Assembly (NCBI GenBank): GCA_944320495.1
Contig: CALUHR010000013.1
Coordinates: forward strand, 256,001-320,000
DNA: 64,000 nucleotides
Source of the DNA: Candidatus Methanomethylophilaceae archaeon
GTDB taxonomy: Archaea > Thermoplasmatota > Thermoplasmata > Methanomassiliicoccales > Methanomethylophilaceae
Reading direction: 5' to 3'
The notes below the pieces were generated by a model. It had not been told where the DNA came from. It worked only from the letters and a program-made list of their open reading frames with translations, and did no database searches. The position numbers were made by a program, and so were the translations under genes. Position 1 is the stretch's first letter; each line of letters starts with the position of its first letter. Positions 53,701 through 64,000 of this stretch are shown here, piece by piece.

Positions 53701-56190
53701 ATGGACGGCGAGAGGAAGCTCATAATCCAGCCGATCGAGAGGGAGATGCACCGTTCGTACATCGACTACTCGATGAGCGTCATCGTCGGACGCGCTCTGC
53801 CCGACGTCAGGGACGGTCTCAAGCCCGTCCACAGGAAGATCATGTACGCCATGTCCGAGCTCGGGCTGGTGTACAACAGGCCCCACAAGAAGTCCGCGAC
53901 CGTGGTCGGAGAGGTGCTCGGAAAGTACCACCCCCACGGCGACACCGCCGCGTACGACGCGATGGTGAGGATGGCCCAGCCCTTCTCCCTCAGGTACCCC
54001 CTGGTGGACGGGCAGGGTAACTTCGGGTCCGTGGACGGCGACCCCCCGGCCGCGATGCGTTACACCGAGGCCAGGCTCTCCAAGGTGGCCTCGGACCTCC
54101 TGGCGGACCTGGACAAGGAGACCGTCGACATGATGGACAACTACGACGGCTCCCTGAAGGAGCCGACCGTGCTCCCGTCCAAGTTCCCCAACCTCCTGGT
54201 CAACGGGTCCGACGGCATCGCCGTCGGGATGGCGACCAAGATGCCCCCGCACAACCTGCGCGAGGTCTGCGACGCCATCGTCTACACCGTCGACCACCCG
54301 GACGCCACCCTCGAGGAGCTGATGCAGTTCGTCAAGGGCCCCGACTTCCCCACCGGCGGTACAATCTACGGCCTCGGCGGGATACGCTCCGCCTACGAGA
54401 CCGGCCGCGGGAGGCTCCGCGTCCGCTCCAACACCCACATCGAGGAGATGCCCAACGGCAAGGAGCGCATCATCGTCGACGAGATCCCCTACCAGGTCAA
54501 CAAGGCCCAGCTGATCCAGCAGATCGCCGACCGCGTCAAGGAGAAGGAGATCGAGGGCATCACCGACCTGCGCGACGAGTCCGACAGGCACGGCATGCGC
54601 ATCGTCATCGAGCTGCACAAGGACGCCCTCTCCAGCGTGGTCCTCGAGAACCTGTTCAAGAAGACCAACATGGAGGTCACCTACGGCATCATCAACATCG
54701 CGCTGGTGGACAACAAGCCCACCACCCTCAGCCTGAAGGCGCTGATCTCCCACTACATCGACCATAGGAGGGACGTCGTCGTCCGCAGGACCAGGTATGA
54801 CCTGGCCCAGGCGGAGAAGCGCTTCCACATCCTCGAGGGCCTCATGAGGGCCATAGACATGCTCGACGAGACCATCGAGCTCATCAGGGCGTCCTCCAGC
54901 GGGGAGGAGGCCAACACGGGCCTCCAGGGGCTCCTGGGCATCGACTACGAGCAGGCCAAGGCCATCCTGGACATGAGGCTCCAGAAGCTCACGGGCCTGG
55001 AGCTGAACTCCATCCGCGAGGAGTACGACCAGCTGAAGGTGCAGATGGACGACCTGAGGGACATCCTCGCCCACGAGTCCCGCGTCCTGGACATCATCAA
55101 GTCCGAGACCGCGGAGATGAGGGAGACCTACGGGGACGACCGCAGGACCGTCATCGACCCCAACGCCATCGACTCGGACGAGGAGGACCTCATCCCCAGG
55201 GAGCAGGTCGTCATCACGATCTCCGCTGACAACTACATCAAGAGGATCCCGCTGAGCACCTACAGGCAGCAGTCCCGCGGAGGCGTCGGCCTCACCGGCA
55301 TGCAGACCAAGGACGAGGACCACGTGGCCTCGATGTTCGTCACGTCCTCCCACGACTACGTGATGTTCATCACCAACACCGGCCGCCTGCACTGGCTCAA
55401 GGGATACAGGATACCCGAGGGCAGCAGACAGTCCCGCGGCAAGCCCATCGTGAACCTCCTCTCCGACCTGGAGGAGGGCGAGAGGGTCGTGAACACCATT
55501 TGCGCGTCCGGCTTCCCGGACGACAGGTACCTGGTGTTCTGCACCCGCGAGGGGCTGATCAAGAAGACCGCCCTGTCCGCCTACGGCAACGTGCGCGCCA
55601 GGGGCATCAAGGCCATCAAGCTGGACGAGGGCGACGAGCTCATCGAGACCGACATAACCGACGGCTCCGACCAGATCATACTGGCATCCGCCGGCGGCCA
55701 GGCCGCCAGGTTCGACGAGTCCGATGTCAGGCCGACGGGCAGGGACACCATGGGCGTCAAGGGGATGACCCTGAACGACGGGGACCGCGTGGTCTCCATG
55801 GCCGTGGTGAAGTCCGGGGACAGGCTGCTGACGGTGTCCGAGAACGGCTACGGGAAGATCTCCGACGTGGACGACTACCGCAAGACCCGCCGCGGTGGCA
55901 AGGGCGTCATCACCATCAAGACCGACGAGAGGAACGGCATGGTCGTGTCCGTCCGCAAGGTCAATCCGGGCGACCAGCTGATGCTGACCTCGTCCTCCGG
56001 GAAGATCATCCGCATGGACACGGACGAGATCCGCGAGACCGGCCGCAACGCCAAGGGCGTCAGGATCATGGACGTCCGCGACGGCGACAAGGTCGTGGCC
56101 GTAGAGCCGGTCATGACCGAGGAGCAGGAGGAGGCCATCGAGGAGTCCGCTCCGGAGGCCCCCTCCGAGGGTCCCGAGGCTCCTCAGTGA
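53701..56190 (+). CDS. gyrA: DNA gyrase subunit A
   Basis: [28 protein letters not shown] (catalytic Tyr), GyrA box QSRGGVG, C-terminal pinwheel repeats. Confidence 0.98.
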   Translation: MDGERKLIIQPIEREMHRSYIDYSMSVIVGRALPDVRDGLKPVHRKIMYAMSELGLVYNRPHKKSATVVGEVLGKYHPHGDTAAYDAMVRMAQPFSLRYPLVDGQGNFGSVDGDPPAAMRYTEARLSKVASDLLADLDKETVDMMDNYDGSLKEPTVLPSKFPNLLVNGSDGIAVGMATKMPPHNLREVCDAIVYTVDHPDATLEELMQFVKGPDFPTGGTIYGLGGIRSAYETGRGRLRVRSNTHIEEMPNGKERIIVDEIPYQVNKAQLIQQIADRVKEKEIEGITDLRDESDRHGMRIVIELHKDALSSVVLENLFKKTNMEVTYGIINIALVDNKPTTLSLKALISHYIDHRRDVVVRRTRYDLAQAEKRFHILEGLMRAIDMLDETIELIRASSSGEEANTGLQGLLGIDYEQAKAILDMRLQKLTGLELNSIREEYDQLKVQMDDLRDILAHESRVLDIIKSETAEMRETYGDDRRTVIDPNAIDSDEEDLIPREQVVITISADNYIKRIPLSTYRQQSRGGVGLTGMQTKDEDHVASMFVTSSHDYVMFITNTGRLHWLKGYRIPEGSRQSRGKPIVNLLSDLEEGERVVNTICASGFPDDRYLVFCTREGLIKKTALSAYGNVRARGIKAIKLDEGDELIETDITDGSDQIILASAGGQAARFDESDVRPTGRDTMGVKGMTLNDGDRVVSMAVVKSGDRLLTVSENGYGKISDVDDYRKTRRGGKGVITIKTDERNGMVVSVRKVNPGDQLMLTSSSGKIIRMDTDEIRETGRNAKGVRIMDVRDGDKVVAVEPVMTEEQEEAIEESAPEAPSEGPEAPQ

Positions 56191-56197
56191 CCCCTTC

Positions 56198-56222
56198 GGG
56201 CCCGGGCAGGACGCCCGGGCCC
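56198..56222 (+). terminator. 10-bp hairpin after gyrA
   Basis: gggcccgggc-aggac-gcccgggccc. Confidence 0.6.
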
Positions 56223-56263
56223 ACAAAAGTCTTATATCCAGGTTGTCGCTAAGGGCGAATCAC

Positions 56264-56339
56264 GCCGTGGTAACTCAGTTGGGAGAGTGCAAGACTGAAG
56301 ATCTTGAAGTCGCTGGTTCGAGCCCGGCTCACGGCACCA
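56264..56339 (+). tRNA. tRNA-Phe (GAA)
   Basis: Acceptor gccgtgg/tcacggc; anticodon arm caaga-ctGAAga-tcttg; GGTTCGAGC T loop; encoded CCA. Confidence 0.95.
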
Positions 56340-56375
56340 TGACTTTTCTTCCACCCCATCTCAGGAGGTCCCCCT

Positions 56376-56534
56376 ATGGAGCCAGACAGGATCTTCATCG
56401 ACATCAAGACGTGCGACATGACCCTCTCGCAGGTCATGCTCGAGATCGCGCGCCTTCAGTCGGAGAATCCGGAGTACGAGATCTTCATGGACGGGGACCG
56501 CTACGCCATCGTGGGGCGCAGGAGGATCGGACGA
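56376..56534 (+). CDS. Small hypothetical protein (52 aa)
   Basis: MEPDRIFIDIKTCDMTLSQV...IVGRRRIG-CGA(56532-56534) overlapping the next ATG; AGGAGG RBS upstream; standard-code end is TAG 56558. Confidence 0.7.
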
Positions 56535-57076
56535 TGGGACGCGGAAGGATCACGATAGGACTCTACAACTCGTACGACCAGAACTTCAGGGAGCCCCACA
56601 GGCGCGTCATAGCCCGCGCGGGGGACCTCGCGAGGGCGTATGACATGGGCCTCGCACTCTTCGGCTTCCCGATCCCGGAGGATGCCCGCACGCCCATGCA
56701 GATCGCGGAATGGGTGGCAGGGACCACCAGCATCGGCGGCCACGGGAAGAACTTCCTGGAGATGGCGGAGTCCGGCAGGTTCAACTGCTTCCCATATCCA
56801 GGGAAGGGCTTCCCTCCCCAGCTGGGGGAGGTGGTCCTCACCACCTGCAGACCGGACCCGAAGAGGCAACTCTCGCTCGGGCAGGTGGCCGAGATGGTCG
56901 AGGGCGGCCAGAGCATCACGCTCCTGTTCGGCATAGGCCCTCACGGCGTCCCCAAGGACGTCATGAGGATCCCCCGCTACAACCTCGACATCACCCCCGG
57001 GGGCTTCTCGCTGGAGACCGCCACCGCGCTGGGGGCGGTCACCGGAGCGCTGGCATCGAGGCTCGGGATGATCTGA
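56534..57076 (+). CDS. DUF531 family protein (predicted SPOUT-like)
   Basis: MGRGRITIGLYNSYD...EPHRRVIARAG...FPPQLGEVVLTT...FGIGPHG...SLETATALG. Confidence 0.8.
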   Translation: MGRGRITIGLYNSYDQNFREPHRRVIARAGDLARAYDMGLALFGFPIPEDARTPMQIAEWVAGTTSIGGHGKNFLEMAESGRFNCFPYPGKGFPPQLGEVVLTTCRPDPKRQLSLGQVAEMVEGGQSITLLFGIGPHGVPKDVMRIPRYNLDITPGGFSLETATALGAVTGALASRLGMI

Positions 57077-57958
57077 GGACTCGAGTCTTTCCAACGAGTA
57101 GTCCAGGATCTTCTCCTTGCGGGCTGAGAGGATGGTCATGTAGAACTCCTTCTGGAGGTCCCCTATCTCCTCGCAGCTGTCAATTGTCCCATAGATGACA
57201 TCCATGTCGATTCTGGGCAGGATGCGGATCAACGCTTCGTTGCATTCGGGATTCGACAGCGATGAGATGTATTCGAAGTAATTGATCTTCTTATTGCCCA
57301 TCTGGATTGCGGAATTGGGCCAAACGAACACTCTGTTGTCGATTTCACGCGGATCGTCGAGGACCTTCCTGTAGTCCGAGACTCTCAGCTGCGGGAACAG
57401 GCACGATCCGCAGTCGAATATCGGAGCAATCGTCGCAGTCTGTCTGTCATCATCGATGAGGAATCCCCAGTTTCCGTTGTGCCTGTCGAAGTTGCCGAGG
57501 AACGCATCGCAGATGAACATGTCCCAGAAGAACGATTTCAGCACGCTGTGGTCTATCCAATGCTGTTCCATGATGGCCGCATCGATATCATCGAGCTCGG
57601 TCCCGTATCCGCTCTCGCTCGTCTGGATGCATGTGTTCTTCAGCGAACCGAAATCCGCGAATCTCAATCCGCCCTCGGTGAAATCCCTGCAGGCGACGAC
57701 AGTCTTCGACACCCCGCGATCATCGACGAATCTGCCTAGCAGGGTCTCCTGGGCGTTCACGCCCATCCCGCGAAGGACCTGGCAGCAGATATGCTCGGAT
57801 ATGCAGCTGTTGGCGTACTCTCCCTCGCCCCTCGATTTGGCCCTGGGAGGGAATTTCAGCATGTACTGGTGACCATCGTATCTGACCGAGATCTTTTGGC
57901 CGTTCGCGCCGTTGAACGTCTTGAACGGATTGCGCGGGCAATCGGTGAAATCAATCAT
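57056..57958 (-). CDS. HipA-like (HipA_C / CtkA-type) Ser/Thr kinase, copy 1
   Basis: GANGQKI, YMLKFP, SEHICC, FLGNFDRHNGNWG, APIFDCGSCL. First CGA at 57058-57056; standard-code end 56501 overlaps DUF531. Confidence 0.85.
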
Positions 57959-58400
57959 CTCCGTCACCGATCCCGAGATACTTGGCACGCAGGTATGCGG
58001 CCTGTCCTTCGCTGATTCTCCCGCAGTGGAGGTTCCAGTTGATGGATCCGTACAGTTCATCGAGGAAGCAATCCAGGTGCAGGCAGCCGTCTTCACATTC
58101 CACCAGGTCTCTGATGGCGGTCTCCAGGTCGGGAGGGAGGTTGACCTCCAGATATGATTGGTCCCTCGGAGTTCCGTTGTTGCGGGTGATGACGCCGGTC
58201 TCCAGGTCCATCACCTCCTCTACGGGCATGTCCAACGCATCGGCCAGGCGACTGACCGTCCTGGCGGAGCAGTTCTGCAGAGATGTCTTCCCCGTGCATA
58301 TGTTGGAAAGCGTGGACCACGGTATCCCACTCGTCTTGGCCAACCTGTATCTCGTCAGGCCCTTCTCGGCCATGACGTCCGACAGCGTCCTCCCGCTCAT
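57951..58400 (-). CDS. XRE HTH protein with an extra C-terminal domain (putative antitoxin)
   Basis: LTRYRLAKTSGIPWSTLSNICTG HTH; stop overlaps the kinase start (ATGATTGA). Confidence 0.82.
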   Translation of the reverse strand: MSGRTLSDVMAEKGLTRYRLAKTSGIPWSTLSNICTGKTSLQNCSARTVSRLADALDMPVEEVMDLETGVITRNNGTPRDQSYLEVNLPPDLETAIRDLVECEDGCLHLDCFLDELYGSINWNLHCGRISEGQAAYLRAKYLGIGDGDD

Positions 58401-58441
58401 GGTGATGTATCATATCACCGATATATCAGTGTGCCGACACA

Positions 58442-59350
58442 TCGTCCCTTGTGCTCGAGCAGGTCCATGGCCCTGTCGATGATGCCGGTCTTGCGGGCGT
58501 AGATCATCGTGTAGTAGAACTGGCGCTGGACCTCGGACAGGCCCGGAGTCTCCGCGATGATCCTGCCAATCTTATCCATGTTGATGCGGCCACTCATGTA
58601 GGCGAGGGCGGCGTCGCACTCCGCATTGTCGATGGAGGTGATGTAATCGTAGTAGTTGATCCTGGCGCGGTTGATCATGAGGGTGGACTTGGGGAACAGG
58701 CGTACCCTGTCGTCGATCTCGTAGGGTCTGTTCAGCACCTTCTCCATCCTGTCCTCCGTGACCTGCGGGAACAGGCACGAGCCGCAGTCGTAGACCGGGG
58801 CGATGTCCGCGTGCTTGTTGACCTCGTCCACCAGGATCCCCCAGTTGCCGTTGTGGCGGTCGAAGTTGGCCAGGAGGGCGTCCCCGATGAACTGCCTCCA
58901 GAAGAAGGACCTCAATCTGTCCGGGACGATCAGGCGCTGCTCGTCGATGGCGTTCATGATCGAGTTCAGGTCGGTGTTGTAGCCGTTGAGGTCGTCGTCG
59001 AGGCAGGTGTTCTTCAGATGCGCGAACTCGATGAGGGTCTTCCCGATATCGGCGGCGAAGTCCCTGCAGGCGACCACGTTGCTGGTGTTTCCGCTCTGGT
59101 CGGTGTAGGTGCCCAGCAGGGTCTCCTGGGCGTCCATGCCCATGGACTGGAAGACGTGGCACGCCAGGTACTCGGTGATGTGCGAGTTGACGTAGCTCAG
59201 GTCGGCAATCTTCCCGGGCTTCGGGGGGAACTTGAGCATGTAGCCGTGTCCCTGGTAGAATATGCTAATCTTGTTCCCGTTGGCTCCGCCGTATGCGCGG
59301 TAGTCGTTCCTCTCGCAGTCGCTGAAATCGATCAGGTCCATAGTCGTCAT
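58442..59350 (-). CDS. HipA-like kinase, copy 2
   Basis: GGANGNKI, YMLKFP, TEYLAC, LLANFDRHNGNWG, APVYDCGSCL. Ends ...EHKG-CGA(58444-58442); standard-code end 58415. Confidence 0.87.
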
Positions 59351-59576
59351 CTTCGTTGAAGAGATACTTCCGCCGGAGTCTGGCCGCGGCCTCGGGGGAC
59401 AGGGCTCCGCCCCATTGGTTGGCGTTTATCGCGCCGTACAGCTCCCCCCAGAGGCAGTCCAGGAGGGGCGATCCGCTCTTCAGGCCCTCGACGTACTCCT
59501 TGATGGCGAGGGCCACATCCGGGGGCAGGTCCCGTTCGGGACCCGGGGGCTCATCCCCGCGCTCAGTAGTGGTCAT
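59328..59576 (-). CDS. Small protein homologous to the C-terminal domain of the XRE protein (putative antitoxin, no HTH)
   Basis: LPPDVALAIKEYVE...LDCLWGELYGAIN...LRRKYL versus LPPDLETAIRDLVE...LDCFLDELYGSIN...LRAKYL. First CGA at 59330-59328; standard-code end is TAG 59265. Confidence 0.72.
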
Positions 59577-60579
59577 ACAGCACGTTCTCTGTCTCCAGAA
59601 GGACGCCTTCGCCCTTCTCCACGCGTCCGACGATCTTGGCGTTGCGGTTCTCCGCGGCGATGGCCTCGGCCTCGTCGGCCGGGGCGATGATTGTGAATCC
59701 CATGCTCATGTTGAGGGTCTGGTAGATCTCCTCGGTCGTGATGTCGCCCAGCTCCTGCAGGGCGGTGAACACGGGTGCGGGTTCGATGGGGTCGTCGATG
59801 ACGTATCTCAGTCCCTTCCTCATCCTGAGGATGTTCCTGAGTCCTCCGCCGGTGATGTCCACCAGTCCGTGGACCTCGTGCGAGCGGGTGATGCCGAGGA
59901 CCTGCCTGACGTAGATCTCGGTGGGGGTGAGGAGCTCCTCGCCGATCGTCTTGGAAAGACCCTTGACGTGGTCCGTGAGGGCGATGCCGTTGGCCTCGAC
60001 GACCTTGCGGGCGAGCGTGAGCCCGTTCGAGTGGATGCCCGAGGATTCCAGTCCGATGATGAGGTCGCCCTCGGCGCAGGTCTCGCCTGTGATGATCCTG
60101 TCCTTCTCCACGTATCCCATGCAGGTGCCGGACAGGTCCACGCCGTTGATGATCTCCGGGAGGACGGCGATCTCCCCGCCGACGATCTCCATGTCGGAGA
60201 GCTCCGCGCCCTTCTGCAGGCCCTTGCCGATCTCCTCGGTGATCTCCGGCTTGGGCTCGTCGATCGCGATGTAGTCCACGAAGGAGGTGGGCTCCGCATT
60301 GACGCAGATGGTGTCGTTGACGTTCATGGCGATGCAGTCGATGCCGACGGTGTCCCATTTGTTCAGGGCCTCGGCGATGAGGAGCTTGGATCCCACGCCG
60401 TCCGTGGCCATCGTGATGTACCTGTCACCGAAGTCCACGAGGCTCGCGAAGAGTCCCGGCAGGCGGACCGCCTGTCCGATGCCTGACCTCTTGTAGCTGA
60501 CCTCGTCCACGAGGGCTCTGATCGCCTCGGATTTCTGGTCGATGTTCACTCCGGATTTGGCGTAGGTCCATCCGCTCAT
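59563..60579 (-). CDS. purM: Phosphoribosylformylglycinamidine cyclo-ligase (AIR synthetase)
   Basis: TYAKSGVNID, TDGVGSKL, GIDCIAMNVND, SSGIHSNG, DITGGG, TLNMSMG. Confidence 0.96.
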   Translation of the reverse strand: MSGWTYAKSGVNIDQKSEAIRALVDEVSYKRSGIGQAVRLPGLFASLVDFGDRYITMATDGVGSKLLIAEALNKWDTVGIDCIAMNVNDTICVNAEPTSFVDYIAIDEPKPEITEEIGKGLQKGAELSDMEIVGGEIAVLPEIINGVDLSGTCMGYVEKDRIITGETCAEGDLIIGLESSGIHSNGLTLARKVVEANGIALTDHVKGLSKTIGEELLTPTEIYVRQVLGITRSHEVHGLVDITGGGLRNILRMRKGLRYVIDDPIEPAPVFTALQELGDITTEEIYQTLNMSMGFTIIAPADEAEAIAAENRNAKIVGRVEKGEGVLLETENVLYDHY

Positions 60580-60630
60580 CTGGCTATCCTCGGCCTTAAG
60601 AACGGAACACATGGTTAATTAGGGTTGTTC

Positions 60631-62019
60631 TCGGAGGGCCTCGCCGCCGTGCCTCATGAGCTCGAACATGCCGATCCCCGTGACCTTCCTGAACTCCCTG
60701 GTGGCGAGCCACATCATTAGGCCCCCTCCGAAGACCTCCGCCACGAGCAGGCTGTAGAATATTGCGTCCATGGACACGGTGCACGAGACCATCAGGAACG
60801 CCACGATGACCAGATTCCTGATGAGCGACGACACCATGGAGAGCTGGGCGAGGCGCAGCGACTCCAGGATAGACGATCCGATGTCGATGAGGCCCATGAA
60901 CGGTATGAGCACGGCGTATATCCTCAGGACATGGGCGAACTGGGGGCGGAGCTCCGCCATGGACTCGGACTGCGTGAGCGGCACCATGGCCCAGTCGGCG
61001 AACACGAACAGGACCGCCGCGATGCCCACCATGGCGACCATCGTTATCCTCAGAGAGTAGGCGCAGGCGTCGGCCGCCCTCCTGTGGTCGTCCTGACCCA
61101 TCGCGGCCGAGACTATGGGGATGATCGACGACCCGGTGGCCTGGGAGACCACCTCGGCCAGGGACACGAACCTCCAGGGGATGTTGTAGAGGGCGGCCCC
61201 CACGGAACCTCCGCAGATGATGACGAAGATTCTCTGGACCATGGACATGAAGCTTATGAGAGTGGTCTCGACGGTCTTGGGCACCCCCACGAACATCACG
61301 TCCCTGATCATGGCGAGGTCGAACCTGAACCCCCTGAACGACATCCTCAGGTACACCGATCCGCGGGCGAACCACCACAGTCCCACGAGCATCGACGCGA
61401 CGGTGGATATCGAAGTGGCCCAGCCGGCCCCCGCGATGCCCATGTCCAGGACGAACATGAACAGCGGGTCCAGGACGACGTTCATCACAGCGGCGACCAG
61501 GAGCATGACCGTGCTGCGCCTGGCCGCGCCCTCGGCCCTGAGTATGCCCGCTATCACGCCGTCCAGCACCAGGGGCAGGGTGCAGACCACGATGGGCACG
61601 ATGTAGTCGAGGCACAGGTCCCGGATGTCATCCGCCCCCATCATCGAGATGGACGGGCCCAGCAGGAGGTACATGACCGGCGTGAGCGCGACCGCCACGA
61701 CCGCGCTGACGGCCATGGTCTGCGACACGAGGGCGTCGGCCCTCGCCTTGTCGCCCCTGCCGAGGCATCTGGCAATCGACGTCGACGCCCCCACGCCTAT
61801 GCCGGTCCCGATGCCAGACACTATCCAGTACACCGGGGATATGGTGGAGGCCGCGGAGCTCGGGTCCACCCCGAGGAGGGAGCACCACGCGGTGTCCGCG
61901 AAGCTGTTGATCTGCACCACGAGGAACGACACTATGAGCGGACCGGACATGGCGAGGACGGCCCTCCGGGGGTCGCCGAGCATGACCTTCAGGTCCCTCG
62001 TGACCTCTGCCTCGCTCAT
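60631..62019 (-). CDS. MATE family efflux transporter
   Basis: INSFADTAW, GIGVGASTSIARCLG, NVVLDPLF, GIAGAGWATS. First CGA at 60633-60631; standard-code end 60619. Confidence 0.92.
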
Positions 62020-63349
62020 GCGACCTCTTCCCGTACTTCCCGATGCGCTCCAGCCACAGCCTCATGCCGCGCTCGTAGCCGTTGTCCGAGGGCTCGTAGA
62101 ACCTCCTGTCCACGAGCTCGTCGGGCAGGTACTGCTGGTCGGTGTAGTGGTTGGGGAAGTCGTGGGGATAGAGGTACCCGACCCCGTGGCCCAGGTCCTT
62201 GGCGTTGCCGTAGTGCGCGTCCTTCAGATGGGCGGGGACGCCGCTGGTGGGCTCGGTCCTCACGGACTCCATCGCGGACGTTATGGCGTTGATCGCCGAG
62301 TTGCTCTTGGGGGCGCACGCCACGTACGCCGCCGCCTGGGAGAGTATGATCTGGGACTCCGGCATCCCGATGCGCTCCACGGCCTCGGATGCCGACACGG
62401 CGAGGACCAGCGCCTGCGGGTCGGCGTTGCCGACGTCCTCCGCGGCGCAGATCATGATCCTGCGGGCGATGAACCGGACGTCCTCGCCGGCGTACAGCAT
62501 CCTCGCCAGATAGTACACCGCCGCGTCCGGGTCCGATCCGCGCATGCTCTTGATGAACGCGGATATCGTGTCGTAGTGGTTGTCCCCGTCGCGGTCGTAG
62601 TTGAGGATCCTGCGCTGGATGCACTCGGAGGCGACCTCCGCGGTTATGTGGACCCTGCCGTCCTCCCCCGGGAGGGTGGTCAGGGCCCCCAGCTCCAGCG
62701 CGTTCAGCGCGGCGCGGGCGTCCCCGTTGGCCATGTCGGCAAGGAACGAGACGGCGTCGTCGTCCGCGTCGACGTTCAGCCTGCCCAGCCCCCTGTCGGG
62801 GTCGGACAGCGCCCTCCTAAGAAGCTTCTCGAGGTCCTTCTGGCACAGCGGTTTCAGCTCGAATATGCGGGAGCGGGAGACCAGCGCGCGGTTGACCTCG
62901 AAGTAGGGGTTCTCCGTGGTGGCGCCGATGAGGGTCACGGTGCCGTCCTCCACGAACGGGAGCAGATAGTCCTGCTGCGCCTTGTTGAAGCGATGGATCT
63001 CGTCCACGAAGAGGATGGTCCTGCGCTCCTCCATGCCGAGGGCGTCCCTCGCCTTCTGCACGGCGTCCTCCATGTCCTTCTTGCCCGCGGTGGTGGCGTT
63101 AATCTGGACGAACCTGGAGTGGGTGGTGTTGGCGATGACCTGCGCGATCGTCGTCTTCCCGGTGCCCGGCGGGCCGTACAGGATGAGCGAGCCGATCCTG
63201 TCGGCGCGGATGGCCCTGGACAGAAGCCTGTCGGGGCCTATGATGTGCTCCTGTCCGACCACCTCGTCGAGCGTGCGCGGCCTCATGCGGCTGGCGAGCG
63301 GGGCCTCCCGCTCCAGGACGCCCCTGCGGTTGTATTCGAACAGGTCCAT
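62012..63349 (-). CDS. rarA: Replication-associated recombination protein A (RarA/MgsA)
   Basis: PLASRMRP, GPPGTGKTT, VDEIHRFNKAQQD, ATTENP, KSMRGSDPDAA, HLKDAHY. Ends ...KRSHE-CGA(62014-62012); standard-code end 61628 lies inside the MATE gene. Confidence 0.95.
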
Positions 63350-63391
63350 GTACGGTCATCGCCGATGGGTCGATATATCTGTGATGGGCGG

Positions 63392-64000
63392 TCGCTCCCA
63401 GCCGTCGCAGGGGGACCTTCTGCCCTCCAGCTCCCCGCCCGCCCTCAGGACGACCTGGCGCACCTCGTCGAGGGTCCCGCAGCGCATCGTGACCGCCCTG
63501 CGGTACTCGCGGCTGTATCTGAACCCGGACAGGAACTTCGCCGCCACGCCGCGCATCTTCGCGAGGGCGACCTCCTCCCCGAACTCGGCCTCAGTCATGT
63601 CGATGAGGCGGACGCACCATTCGGCCTGCTGCGCGGGAGTCGGGTCCGGCGGAACCTCCCCTCCGGCGAGGGCCTCGGCGACCTGGGTCACGAGGAAGGG
63701 ATTCCCCACGCCTCCGCGGGAGACCATGACTGCTCCTGCTCCCGTGATGCGCATCGCCTCCACGGCGTCCTCCGCCGTGCGGATGTCCCCGGAGACGATC
63801 AGCGGCACCGGGAGCTCCTCCCCGTAGCCCGCCATGTCCCCGTGCCTGGCGCATCCCGCGTAGCGCTGGTCCGCGGTGCGCGTGTGCACGGTGACGGCGT
63901 CCGCCCCCGCCCTCACGCACTCATCGACCACCCTGCGGAAGTTCACGGTGTGCGCGTCCAGGCCGAGGCGGGTCTTGGCGGTCACCGGCACGCCGACTGA
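63392..64000 (-). CDS. dus: tRNA-dihydrouridine synthase (5' truncated by window edge)
   Basis: VPVTAKTRLG, VTVHTRT, IVSGDI, VMVSRGGVGNPF. First CGA at 63394-63392; standard-code end 63356. Confidence 0.9.

Overview
High-GC archaeal chromosomal window. The lineage is inferred to be Methanomassiliicoccales / Methanomethylophilaceae-like from the A1Ao ATP synthase operon atpHIKECFABD, PolD small subunit, Cdc6/Orc1, MCM, PriS, TiaS, prefoldin and GyrB/GyrA. I support about 65 CDS, 2 tRNAs (Thr-CGT, Phe-GAA) and a probable replication origin around cdc6. Main discovery: the window appears to use a non-standard genetic code. In 21 genes the first in-frame CGA sits at or within a few codons of the natural C-terminus. 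Three of these form CGA-ATG 1-nt overlaps (CGATG, the analogue of TGATG) and one forms an 8-nt overlap. Treating CGA as stop removes every long run-on overlap in the ORF track. I found CGA inside only one gene read codon by codon (atpH, codon 3). Under this reading no gene ends in TAG, and a TatD-family gene reads through an in-frame TAG (probably pyrrolysine). The apparent stop set is TGA/TAA/CGA. CDS ends below use the CGA stop where I support it, and the standard-code end is given in the evidence. Other items: a 51-aa membrane ORF closing the ATP synthase operon, a roughly 200-nt stem-enclosed element after a DIP1984-family gene, two tandem HipA-like kinase modules, and a very long Lhr helicase. 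All family calls are by motif recognition; no database search was run.
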